A stretch of 63,269 nucleotides of DNA, the filler included, from Rhabdomonas costata (taxonomy: Eukaryota): assembly GCA_019059605.1 (NCBI GenBank). It is 52 parts of 52 records of this genome, joined end to end, with 100 filler letters (N's around TTAATTAATTAA, not from the genome) between each part and the next. Parts side by side here need not be neighbours in the genome. Positions count along the whole stretch, not along the records: positions 1 to 1,119 come from JAHMHO010027642.1; positions 1,220 to 2,339 come from JAHMHO010027643.1; positions 2,440 to 3,558 come from JAHMHO010027644.1; positions 3,659 to 4,777 come from JAHMHO010027645.1; positions 4,878 to 5,996 come from JAHMHO010027646.1; positions 6,097 to 7,215 come from JAHMHO010027647.1; positions 7,316 to 8,434 come from JAHMHO010027648.1; positions 8,535 to 9,653 come from JAHMHO010027649.1; 44 more parts are not named here. One strand, given 5' to 3'. A program made the translations under genes and the position numbers. Under the pieces are notes generated by a model. It was not told where the DNA came from. It saw only the letters and a program-made list of their open reading frames with translations, and did not search any database. This document shows positions 1 through 11,216 of this stretch, piece after piece; position 1 is the first letter of the stretch, and every line of letters starts with the position of its first letter.

Positions 1-78
1 GGGTTTTGGTGAGGCACAGTCATTCCGGAACAGCACCGAAGTATTTGTGCGTGTGTGTTGGTGTGGATTATGGTACAG

Positions 79-751
79 CTCATGGATGTGCTCAAGAGGC
101 CTGCCCCGCTGTTGCCGAGGATTGTCATGCCCTTCATCCGGACCTTCCGCACCATTGTGCAGCAGCAGCCCAGTGCGTGTCCCCGTGGGGTGGGGGTGGG
201 GGGATAAAAGGAAACGGAGGAAGTTAATGTTGATACAACGCCCTTCATTTTTGTTTCCACCGCCGTCGTCCATCGCTGCGCGCTGTCTTGTTTTGTTGCT
301 GTGCGGAATGTATGCTCGTCGCATGCGGATGCTGCTTCAAGCAAACTGTCGCTCACTCATGCACTGCTTCAATCATTCGCTTCGCTCCTTAATCAGCTCA
401 CTTGCACAGTCCAAGCTTCATCAGTGATTTCATAGGCACACCCCTCTTTCCCCATTTCGTCATCATTTGGGGCAGGCGAAATCGAATTGATAGACAAAAA
501 GGATGGCGCACAAGACACTTCAGTGTGGTGGACTCAGACAACCTACTGGTCAGGGCTGTTCCATTGTCCTTTGCCTCCCATTTTATTGTGCCCGCCTCCC
601 CTCCCCATCGAATTCCGCCTCGCAGTGCTGGCCACGGAATTCCTTCGGCGGACGGACCAGGTCACGGCCTTCTTTCCGCACCTCCAGAGCAATGAGATGG
701 GCACCATTGTCCTCAAGCTCCTCGAGGCCCACGACGAGGACGAAAACCTCA
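79..751 (+). CDS. SIT4-associated/PP6 regulatory subunit (SAPS-domain) protein, partial; exons 79-172 and 626-751
   Basis: GT-AG intron 173-625 joins in frame to LMDVLKRPAPLLPRIVMPFIRTFRTIVQQQP-MLATEFLRRTDQVTAFFPHLQSNEMGTIVLKLLEAHDEDENL. This resembles the SAPS pattern (PLNPLLASFF...HIGTSAIMDLLLRL). Confidence 0.5.
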
Positions 752-1119
752 GTACGACTTCGAAGGGGAGGGAACAGTACGGGAGGCACAGCAGTGGTGC
801 CCAGCCGAGGCCCCACTCCTCGCGCGGACACCCAACTGTGTGCAGATTCCCACTCTAGTGGCGGTGGGTCAATCAATCTCAAGGGTTCAGAGCCCGCCCA
901 CAACCACAATTCAGAAGCACTCCCCCACTTCCAATGACAGACATGTTTTGCGTGGCTTGAAATTGCAGCCCTTCCAGTGTACGAAGATAAACCATTCAAT
1001 CAGTACTCACGTGCTCTTATTTAAGAATGACTGCCAGTTTGGATTCTGAGAGACTCCAAAAAAACAAAATCCCCAGCCTCAAAACACAAAATCAAAAACA
1101 AACCAAACAGACCCAACAC

Positions 1120-1219
1120 NNNNNNNNNNNNNNNNNNNNNNNNNNNNNNNNNNNNNNNNNNNNTTAATTAATTAANNNNNNNNNNNNNNNNNNNNNNNNN
1201 NNNNNNNNNNNNNNNNNNN
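1120..1219. other. Artificial contig linker (N44-TTAATTAATTAA-N44), first of 51 spaced about every 1.22 kb
   Basis: The same 100-nt spacer with a six-frame stop cassette recurs throughout. Contigs between linkers are 1112-1124 nt. Confidence 0.99.
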
Positions 1220-1785
1220 TGTGTTCGGTGTGTTGGGGGTGGTGGTTCGAGATAGCAGAGTCACACGGGAGGAAATATGGAGAGAAGGGTCAACAGAGAG
1301 CAAGAGAAGACTTGATGGCCGAAGAGTGAGGAAAGGGAACAGGTAGAAACTGCAGGTTACTTCAGCCTTGAGCTTTGAGAAGCACATGCTCGTACTGTAA
1401 TGTCTTGATTTCTATGGAATGTGTTCTCAGTTGCCGTTGGGAGAGCTTTCACCATCTTTTAAAATGTCGAGGGATGGGGGGGTGCCGAATTTTATGCGAC
1501 GTTATAGGGCTCACCTTCAAGCCGGGGCTGTTTGTGGCGGGTTTCATGTCGGGCTGCGCTGGTTTGAGACTCACCTCCGCCAGCGTTGCCGCACGGACCT
1601 GCGGAGACTGGCCCCATACGTAAAAGGTTTGATTCTCGGTCACCCCCGCTCTCCCACCTGTGCTGAGGTATGCCCATCATCACTTTCAAGGAAAAGGTTC
1701 GTAAAAGTCCTAAAAGTTCCTAAAAGTCCAAGAAAACCCATGCTCCGACTACCACACTCCGGAAAAAACACAGAAGGCAACATGT

Positions 1786-2339
1786 GTGGGGAGTTGGAGC
1801 CGAAACTTACGGCAGCGTCCTTGCGATGTCCCTGGTGAGCTCAAGATCACGCAAGTGAACAGTATCATCAAAAGTTTCAAGGCCCACTGTGGGAGCCCCA
1901 CAGTGGTTCGGTGGTTTGTGCACCCGAGGGAGGAGCACCTAGAACAGACCCGCGCAGAGACGAACCCAGTGCGCAGAAGTACAAGCGGGCCATCGAGTTT
2001 CGCAAGAAATCAAAGCCCCTATGCTAGGGCCAACGGGAATCGACAGTTCTCGCAGACGCACCAGGGCAAAGAGCCAGTGAGGCAGCCTCGAGGTACCGGA
2101 GGCTCAGCGGAAGAGGTCAGGAATAGCCCGTACCGCAAAGACAGAGCGAAGTGCTGGCACGGCGACGCCTGCAGATACCGGTGCTGCCCTTTTACCCATC
2201 CGAAAGAAAAGCTCCAAGGGGCGTTCCCGCGAGAAAAGACCCCAGCCCCCCAAGGAAGGAGTGTGGAGTCGCAGAGACCTGAGCCGCAATGGAGCAATGC
2301 AGGTAGCCGGTGGAAAAGAGCAGCTGCGCGACAATGGCC
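1786..2339 (+). CDS. Intronless basic ORF fragment with one CCCH zinc finger (2152-2199), possibly retroelement ORF1/gag-like
   Basis: CWHGDACRYRCCPFTH fits C-x5-C-x4-C-x3-H. Flanks are Arg/Gln/Ser-rich and upstream frames are interrupted. Confidence 0.4.
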
Positions 2340-3781
2340 NNNNNNNNNNNNNNNNNNNNNNNNNNNNNNNNNNNNNNNNNNNNTTAATTAATTAANNNNN
2401 NNNNNNNNNNNNNNNNNNNNNNNNNNNNNNNNNNNNNNNGTGTTGGAAACAGTGTGTCTTTCATGTCAGCATTACATTGGTGCCATTCCTCAGTCACCGG
2501 TAGATTGCAGTAGTTGCCGTTTGACATCCAGATGACCTTGCGTTCAGTCATTCAAGTGCCTGGCTAAGCTTCGATGTAGTTACTCAGGCGTCCCCTTTCA
2601 TACACCTCCACTTGTAGTTAACTGACGACTTCACTGTTGCCGAATTCCCTCATCTCACCATCTCAGCGTGGATATACCGAAGGACATCATGAACCCGAAA
2701 CCCAAACCACAACGCAGAACTCCGCCTCACTAACATCCTCAACTCGCAGAAACTAACCGCTTCTTACATACGAACCCTACGCACCAACCTCCGAAGAGAA
2801 ACCATCCATCCAACTCCGACTCCGAAACGCAAACACACAAACACCCAACTCCGCACTCGAAACATCCACGCTCATCCAACTCACACCATCAATCACCACA
2901 GCACCCGAATACCCGACGCACAAACGCACAGAAGGCCCAATACAACGCACCACGAATACACACGCACCGACACAGCCTCGAACCAGCACGCTCCAACCCA
3001 CCACATCGAAACCCAAACGCATGAACCCAATTCACTCAAATACATCAACCTCCGATCTCAAGCCTCGAATCCAAAACCACACCCAGAAATCGAAAGACGA
3101 AACCCAAACACCCAAAAGGCCAAAATCCACCACCAACTCAGAAGACCAGAACCACCACACCTGCGGTGCCATCACCTCTCCTACGCATGGACGCTACGCA
3201 CCAATCCTTCGTGCCACCAAACCTACCAGCCTCCAATTCAGGGTAAGATGGATATGGGACTAAAAGTCTAAAAGTGGACATTGTGATGATTTCCAAGTGA
3301 CTCCCATTTGACCACCAAGATGTGAGATGCAACAACAGCCCACATGACCACCAACACATCCCCACTCATTCTCGCATGCTCGAATTCGTGGGGCCACTAT
3401 TCTTTGCTGGTCTCATGCTCCACTACCTTCAGTATGCTCCATACATGCTGAAAGACGAAGATCGAACCACGAACTCCTACTACCTAACATCCTCAACTCT
3501 GGAACACACATGCACTCAAGAAGCACAAGAACAGAAAACCCGAACCCCAACCCCAACANNNNNNNNNNNNNNNNNNNNNNNNNNNNNNNNNNNNNNNNNN
3601 NNTTAATTAATTAANNNNNNNNNNNNNNNNNNNNNNNNNNNNNNNNNNNNNNNNNNNNGTACGTTGGCATGACGTTTGAAATGTGTAGAGGGGCAAGTGT
3701 GATAATGTGAGGCTGTGAAGCTGTGAGGCTGTGGCACACGCATACCCACTGCGTTGTGCAACCGAATCTACGTTGTGATAG

Positions 3782-4686
3782 GACAAGCGCAATGTCATCG
3801 TGCAGCAGTTCGTGCCCAGTGAGTTCCTGGCAATGATGGGGTTGAAGAGCCTGTTCGACCTGCAGCTCGGGAACTGCATGCTGAAGCGCGCCACGATCCT
3901 GTGCAGCGAAATCCGGAACTTCTCCAGGTACGCTGTGCTCTGCGCGTGTTAGTTTGCGCCTGTGCTTGGATTTCTGTTGCTTGCGAGTGGTTGCGCACTT
4001 CTTGGTGAACTTGTTGGGCCGCATTTTGGACTTTGGGTACCGGTGCAACGATACATTACTCCATTTTGCGTGTGAAAGTGATTACCGTGCACCGCTGGTG
4101 TTCACTACTACAATGGCCTTGGAGCACAGCCGTTGCTCTGGCGTGAATCGCTCTCCAACTCCCTGCGAGACCTTCCTTAACTTTCTCCCAGACGTTTTTC
4201 CAAATCAATGGTAATCGCTGAGGGAACATGAATTGTGGGCGGGATTGGATTGATGCTCCGCCCCCACCCCCTTCCCTCTCCACAAGACATGTGCCCGTCA
4301 CAACCTGTAATGCCCTATAATTTCAAGGATTTTAAGGACTTCAGGATGCCACCACCGAGGCCCTCGCATCTCTTCTTTACTGTTCTTGTTCTGCTAGTCG
4401 ATGCCCGTTCTCCTTACCTCTCTCTTTGCCTTCGCCTTGAACCGCGAGCGCCCCGCTATTCTACTGCAGGAGGGTTTCTGATGTCGGACTGGTGTGACCA
4501 TTTGTGTGTAGGCTCTCGGAGCGCATGGCCCCGCAGCAGAATTTCCAGTTCCTCAGCCTGTGGCTGCAGGACAGCGGGCCGATCATCCGCCGTCACGGCG
4601 GGTTCATCGAGAAGTTCCGCGGCAATGGCCTCACGTCGATCTTCGTGGACCCCAACGATGCCCTGGATGCCGGCCTGGAGCTGCTG
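3782..4686 (+). CDS. Class III adenylate/guanylate cyclase-domain protein with degenerate active site, partial; exons 3782-3927 and 4512-4686
   Basis: Spliced product QQFVPSEFLAMMGLKSLFDLQLGNCMLKRATILCSEIRNFS-R-LSERMAPQQNFQFLSLWLQDSGPIIRRHGGFIEKFRGNGLTSIF. GT-AG intron 3928-4511 keeps frame. Confidence 0.85.
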
Positions 4687-5183
4687 GTCGGAAAGCACCC
4701 CTCCTCCTCCTCCACTCTCCCGCTTCCTCGTCGTGTTTCCATTGATCTTTCACCTTCCTCTTCCTCCCCACCCCCCCNNNNNNNNNNNNNNNNNNNNNNN
4801 NNNNNNNNNNNNNNNNNNNNNTTAATTAATTAANNNNNNNNNNNNNNNNNNNNNNNNNNNNNNNNNNNNNNNNNNNNGTGGTGGGTGTGTTTGGGGGGGT
4901 TGGGTTGGGGCTGCCCTTAGTTGCTGTATTGTCCCTGAGATGCTACTCGGTCTCGGATTCCTTATTATGCCTAGATGAGACTCTGTGAGGGTCCATTGTG
5001 AGGGCCTTTCGTGTGAACGGTGCACAATTGGTGCGAATGGTGCACATGCCACGCATGCTTAGGTTTCGTCGAGGTCTGCTTAACATGGACATAATTACAT
5101 GCTGGCACAGGGGTGAGCCTGAGTCACTGTTGTTGGGGAGGTTTTTGGTGGTGTTACTGCTGGAAATGTTTGTTCACGTTCAG

Positions 5184-5494
5184 GCCCGTCGAAGAAGGGA
5201 ACGTATGGCGTCCCTGGGACTGCCATTGGGCATGGGTTCACATCCTACAAGGGAGACGAGTTCAAGTACATCAGCGACCCCTACGATGCACCCAAGCTTA
5301 AGAACGCCACGAAGGGCGTGTCCGAAAAGCCTTTCAAGGTGTACCTTTCTCTTTCAAACTCGTGCCATGATTCCAGTCCTGAAAAATATGGGTGACGCTG
5401 CTTTTTGCCCGTTCACAGACTGCGTGCAAGCGGCTGGACTACTTTGATGGGCAGCCCAACGTTGCTGCGAGCAAGATCTACTCCCTCGACAAAC
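5184..5494 (+). CDS. CFAP96/C4orf47 (UPF0602)-like flagellar protein, partial; exons 5184-5338 and 5419-5494
   Basis: PSKKGTYGVPGTAIG...KYISDPYDAPK...KPFK-TACKRLDYFD. An 80-nt GT-AG intron keeps frame. Confidence 0.6.
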
Positions 5495-7651
5495 GTATGC
5501 CCATGGCTAAATTAAGGAAAGCAAGGTTGTAGCGAGTAAGTGCGGCACAAAGCTTAACCCAATCATGGCCGTTGAGGCTCGCTCAGCTTGTTTTGTTCTC
5601 ACACTCAGACTATTTTGAAAGGAACCCCTTTCTTAAAAAGAAAAAGTCGCTGGTTTTGAGCTTTGTGTGGTAAGATTGAGGGGTGGTAAGATAGCGTTCG
5701 CTATTCATGAACAGTGAAAACTATTCAACCATGCGCATAAAAGTGTTTTCTATCACCTTTCTCTTCTAACATCTCACAGAACCCTTTCGTAGGCGAAACA
5801 CTGCTCAAATGAGAGCAGCTTTACACACAGGTGCATGAGAGTCGCCGACGAAGGAAGAGGTGAGAATTGGAGAATGGAAAGTAGTGGAATTGGAGTGGAA
5901 AGTGAGATGAGAAAGTGAGGAGGAAACGGAACAAATGCGCAGCGGCGGAGAACGGCGAAACACACAAAGAGCATGACATTAGGTGGCACAAAAACANNNN
6001 NNNNNNNNNNNNNNNNNNNNNNNNNNNNNNNNNNNNNNNNTTAATTAATTAANNNNNNNNNNNNNNNNNNNNNNNNNNNNNNNNNNNNNNNNNNNNGTTG
6101 TTGGGGAAGGGGAAAGGGTGAAAAAGCATACTGCTCGTTTGAGTGTGCTTCTCATGTGCAGCGAACTCGAGTCCACACTCGGAGAACACACATCGTTGTT
6201 GAATCTGAATTTTCCCCTTGCTGGGGACAACAAAAAACACAAACGCTTCACCGACCACTGTCTAGGCTTTAGAATTACAGCTCTGACAAAGACCGTGCAC
6301 GACTCGCAAGTTTGCATATGCGCGCCCTCGATTCTTGTGACTCATCCCCACATGTCCCTCTTCACCGTCAACTATAACATTCTTCATAGGTGAATCTTTG
6401 GCTCGCTTGCAGGCATCAGGAGCTTGACAACTTCATCGTCGTCCAGTACTGTGTTTCTGGTGCCATCCAGCAAACATCACAACATCACGTATGCACATCC
6501 TGTGGAATCACTGCTAAGAGCAGGGCCTAATAGTCGCGACCGTCCTGCGGACCTCCTTCTCACCAGTTGGGGATAGTGACTTACCTTTCTATTTCAAGGC
6601 GCATCGACAAGTCCACACTGCCTCATAGCGTCTTCCACCCTTCAACCCACAGAACAGAGACGCAGCTTCTTTCCTGCGCTGACCAAGCCCCCTTGCTGAA
6701 AGTCCGTGACCAACAGAAAACTTGGGAAGAGGCCGTTTTGGGTTTAACAGAAACAAAGCAATGGGTGCATCCATATGTGCTCAGCAAGTCAGGCGCAAAA
6801 ATGGGAAAGCAGGAGTGCTGTCCATAGAAGGTTCCAGGCAAACCGGGTCAGGGCACTCGCACGCACCCACAGGCATATACGCAAGGTAGCCTGTGCACGA
6901 AGAAGGAAGGAGCAGCACGGCACAAATCTTTTAAAAAGTAAAAAGGACAAAAAAAAAAGGTAAAAAGGACAAACTGCACTGAAGCTGCACGTTCGCGCCC
7001 GCAGAAGAAAGGGAGAGGGGAAGAGACATCACGGCATACAGGAGAGAGAGGCAACTGCGGAGATCAAAAGGGCACTCAGAAGAGAGGCACACAGGCACAC
7101 CGGAGCTACAGCTCGCCGTGTATAACTCGTCATGAGCTGGCGCTGTGCACCACGTCTTCCCTCTTCCCCCCGTCAGTGCCCTCTCTCCCAGCGATGCCAC
7201 GAACTACACCAAAACNNNNNNNNNNNNNNNNNNNNNNNNNNNNNNNNNNNNNNNNNNNNTTAATTAATTAANNNNNNNNNNNNNNNNNNNNNNNNNNNNN
7301 NNNNNNNNNNNNNNNGGTGTGGGGGGGGCGCCAAAAAATGTTGTTGTTCAAAAAGTCATTGTTCTGAGCACGGGGGTTAGGTTTACCTATACTCACTAGA
7401 TAATTATTTACAGCGAAAGGGGTTTGGTTAATTGTTCTGGATGCCGATTTTTTAGTATAATAACTTTCGACTGTTTAACGGTGTAAACATTAAACGCTTC
7501 GCCCCAATACAACAGCCCCTCGTCGGGCGCCCATGGCGTAGAGGAATTTCCCACCGCCAGCACGCGCTACTGTGTGATCTGCTGTTGACCCGCTGAATTT
7601 ATTTTGCTGCCTTGGAATGAGGCCAACACAGATGCGCAAACGATCGGATAC

Positions 7652-7762
7652 CAGCGCAGCAGACGGCTCGGGTGCACGGCCCCGCGGTGCACTCGGTGTC
7701 ATCACTTGTGGGTGTGAATCCCGCAGGGCAGTCATACCCACTGCGGCGACAGGTGGGGTACA
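7652..7762 (-). CDS. Cys-rich repeat module exon (111 nt, phase 1-1)
   Basis: cag|..YPTCRRSGYDCPAGFTPTSDDTECTAGPCTRAVCCA-G|gtatc. Same Cys spacing as the exons at 42351 and 50170. Confidence 0.75.
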
Positions 7763-9560
7763 CTGCGCGACAAAGAGCCATGGGAAGGGACAGCTCGCCA
7801 ACTCCAACGAAAAGCAAACAAAAAGAGGTGAGGGTTTTGCAGCCATCCATACTCCCCACACAAACACACACATTATGCATGCATGCATCCATGCACAAAT
7901 CAGCTCAGCTCATTGGGGCAGCGCACTGGGGGCACTACTGCTGTGCCGACTACAATCAAATCTTCCCTCTTCATCACGGGTCAAAGGTCAAAAAGGTCCC
8001 ATATTTTATACCCACCTTTGTACCCCAAAATGGACCCCCTCGAGGGCACGCACCGGAAGGGGCCCAAGCCGTGCGGCCCGTTCGGGAGGAGCAGGCAAAA
8101 AGGTGTGCAATCATAGAATGTATCCACCCCACAATACCATAACAAACGTGTGCAAAAACACAAAAAAAAAAAAAGGACTCGCAAGAACGCGCAAACCCAA
8201 GGGCAAAATCCAGAAATACAGTTCGGGGAACTGCTGCGCTTAGGCTTCGGTACCAAGGATGTGTTTGCATTGAAGAGGAGGGAGGTCCGGACAGTTGACG
8301 GAAGATTCGTTTTTTATACTTTATGCTCACCTCACTGCCCAGCAGATGCATTGAGCTATCCCCCCGCATTCCTGGTTCACATCTTGCATCTTGCGGAATG
8401 CAGCCACATCAAGGTCATCCAACTCCAAAACCACNNNNNNNNNNNNNNNNNNNNNNNNNNNNNNNNNNNNNNNNNNNNTTAATTAATTAANNNNNNNNNN
8501 NNNNNNNNNNNNNNNNNNNNNNNNNNNNNNNNNNAGTAGCATGTAAGGATGTCTTACGTGTTCCGAGCAAAGTTTCATCCAAACATGAAGATGCACAAAA
8601 ACCACGTAAGACATCCTTACATGCTACTACGGAATGCTCCACTACGTGACCGTATGCCTTCGTGATTTCCACCATAAGGCTCATCCATGCACTCATGAAC
8701 CCCGAACTCAGAGCCCCGAAACGCGAACAATTCTACGCACCGACTGTGGGACCCCTCAATACCCACATGTCATGACGTAGGGTGATGGGATAATGCTGTT
8801 ACCTGGGGGGCCCACATACATGCGGTGCCCTCTACTCCGGGTGGTAGCCGACGCACCCACACTCCATCTCAAAATCGCCCGACATACCACACACTTACAT
8901 CCTACTACAGCATGCCCCTGCGGATCACGCATACGTGTCCTTCCAACCACCACCTCTAACGAAACCACATACCCCTATACATTCGAGGTACCGAGAATGC
9001 AGACATCTCTTCTCTTCATACACTAAAACGTGTGAGTGAACGGACCGCGTAGCGGGAAGTTAACGAACCATCATTCATAGTGAGTGATGGAGCGCAGAGA
9101 CCTCACGACAAGCAAACACAAAAAGGGCGCCACTAACGCATGTGAGTGGGAACTTATACAGTGAATGCCACATACATCCTTAGGGCTGGGAGTGGCATGA
9201 ACTACGGAACCTTATGGAGTATGCGTAGCATACGAACAGCAAAACATTGGGGGCCCCAGTCCTGTAATGGTATTTTAAGACCATCTTACATGCATCTCCC
9301 ATCATTTTTACATATTTTTTGGTTTTTATAATTTTCTTAATTTTTTTGGTTTTTAGGATTTTTTACCCTTATGTACTTCATAGTGCATAACCATATGTGG
9401 TGATATGAACCATTGCATTAAAGGCTCTTGAAAATGCAAAACGTTGTGGAATTTTTAGCGTTTTTTGACGTTTTAATAGCACCGATAAAAACTTTACATA
9501 TGTTTAAAAGGCTTAACTGGACTATTGGACCCACCGTCTTGGTAAAAGTATTTTGTTGCA

Positions 9561-9653
9561 GGTGGTTAGTGAGCGATGAACGTAGGGTGGTGAGTCTGGG
9601 GTGGTGGAGACCCCCCAGACTCACCACCCTACGTTCATCGCTCACTAACCACC
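9561..9653. repeat. Contig-terminal perfect inverted repeat (about 41-bp arms), probable amplification fold-back
   Basis: 9561-9601 is the reverse complement of 9613-9653 and ends exactly at the contig edge. Confidence 0.85.
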
Positions 9654-9992
9654 NNNNNNNNNNNNNNNNNNNNNNNNNNNNNNNNNNNNNNNNNNNNTTA
9701 ATTAATTAANNNNNNNNNNNNNNNNNNNNNNNNNNNNNNNNNNNNNNNNNNNNAATCCAAGATCCGTTAGTTCCTTCAGCTGCTTTCGCAACTACTGATC
9801 TTCAAGGGGGGACATGCGGTAGAGTCGTTGAGCTGGAACTTTGGCGTCCTTCACCAGGTCTATTTTGTGATCGGTAGGCCTGGAGGGGGGCAGACCTGGA
9901 GGCAGCTTGTCTGGGAAGAGATGCGCAAACTCTTGGTTGAGTTCAAGGACCTCCTTAGGCACGGCGGCCTTATGGAGCGGGGGACCACAGAT

Positions 9993-10872
9993 TTAGTGGT
10001 CGAGGTTTTTGGGGTCAAGCTGCATCTCAACGAGACGGCGTGGGGACAGCTTTCGTCTTCTCTTGGATTTTAGCTTCGGCTCTGCTAGGCTACAGATCTG
10101 CTGGCGGTCTCGATCGGAGAGTTCCTCGGCGTCCTCTGAAGAGATGGCAAATAGCTCGGATGGTAGCGAGGACTTCGCCGAATCAGCGAGGGGGGCATCT
10201 GCAATGTCGGGTTTGCATGGGTATGTCTTCCCTCTGTCTGGCTCTCCACCTGCTGCGGAGTTCGTCGGTGAGAAAGCAACTTCGACTCGTGTGGGCTTCT
10301 GCTCCGCTGGTTCATTGTCTTGCAGCCACATTGCGTGGGGCTTGATTAGCCTTCCAGCCATTCGGAATACGTCAGACGCAGGTAGGGCGGGGATCTCGTA
10401 GGTGATCTCACGCCTAACGATCTGAACTTGGCGCTTTCTCCAATCCACCCAAGGTTGATGTCGGTGGAGAAAGGTGTAGCCCAAAACTACGGGAATGGGG
10501 GTGGAAATCACACGGAAGAACAGACGCACAGGCATTTTGCCCAGCAAGGCGGACACTCTGACGAAGGTGTCGACCACCAAGGTGGTTCCGTTAGCGACTC
10601 TGACTGACATCAACTGCTTCAGACGCTTGCGCGGTAGTTGCAGTTCAGTGACCAGGGCTTCGCTCATGAAGCAATCTGAAGCTCCTGAATCCAACAGGGC
10701 GGGCACTACATGCTTCCCAAAGGTAAGCGGTAGGAACAATAGTGGCCTCGGCGGCGGGGGGTCTGATCCTTCTTCAATGGAAACGTCAACGTCGGGGACC
10801 ACCCGCTCAGGAAACAAAGCCGTCAGCGTTAGTTCTTTGGGAACAAAACCGGTAGTGGTTGCAAAAGAAAAG
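9993..10872 (-). mobile_element. Ty3/Gypsy-like LTR retrotransposon pol fragment (retropepsin aspartic protease)
   Basis: Intronless ORF with ALLDSGASDCFMS, VRVANG, VVLGYTFL and PWVDW, the hallmark retropepsin motifs. Confidence 0.9.
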
Positions 10873-11104
10873 NNNNNNNNNNNNNNNNNNNNNNNNNNNN
10901 NNNNNNNNNNNNNNNNTTAATTAATTAANNNNNNNNNNNNNNNNNNNNNNNNNNNNNNNNNNNNNNNNNNNNGTTTTTTTTTGTGTCCCGGGACAAGCCG
11001 GACAATCTGGAATCTTTGGTAGAAATGGTTCTGTTCGTTACTTACACGTTACAGAAGACTGTGGTGCTGGAAGGCTATAGCCTGTTGTTTGTGGTCGTTT
11101 CCAG

Positions 11105-11216
11105 CGGATTACTTAGTGGAGCTGGACAACGACGACGAGAAGTATCTTCAGTACCTTCAGTGGAAGTCCTACAAGTCCGTGGATAGGCTGAACCCCAAGT
11201 TTGTGCAGCTGGCAAG
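11105..11216 (+). CDS. Alpha-1,3-fucosyltransferase (GT10)-like exon
   Basis: cag|.DYLVELDNDDEKYLQYLQWK...|gt matches the GT10 C-terminal motif LAxYLxxLDxNDxxYxxYFxW. Confidence 0.65.

Noticed and set aside
6390-7215. Candidate exons in contig 6097-7215, including a possible non-GT donor
   Set aside because: Both strands give plausible short frames and no recognisable protein fixes the junctions. No true nonconventional intron could be demonstrated anywhere in the window.
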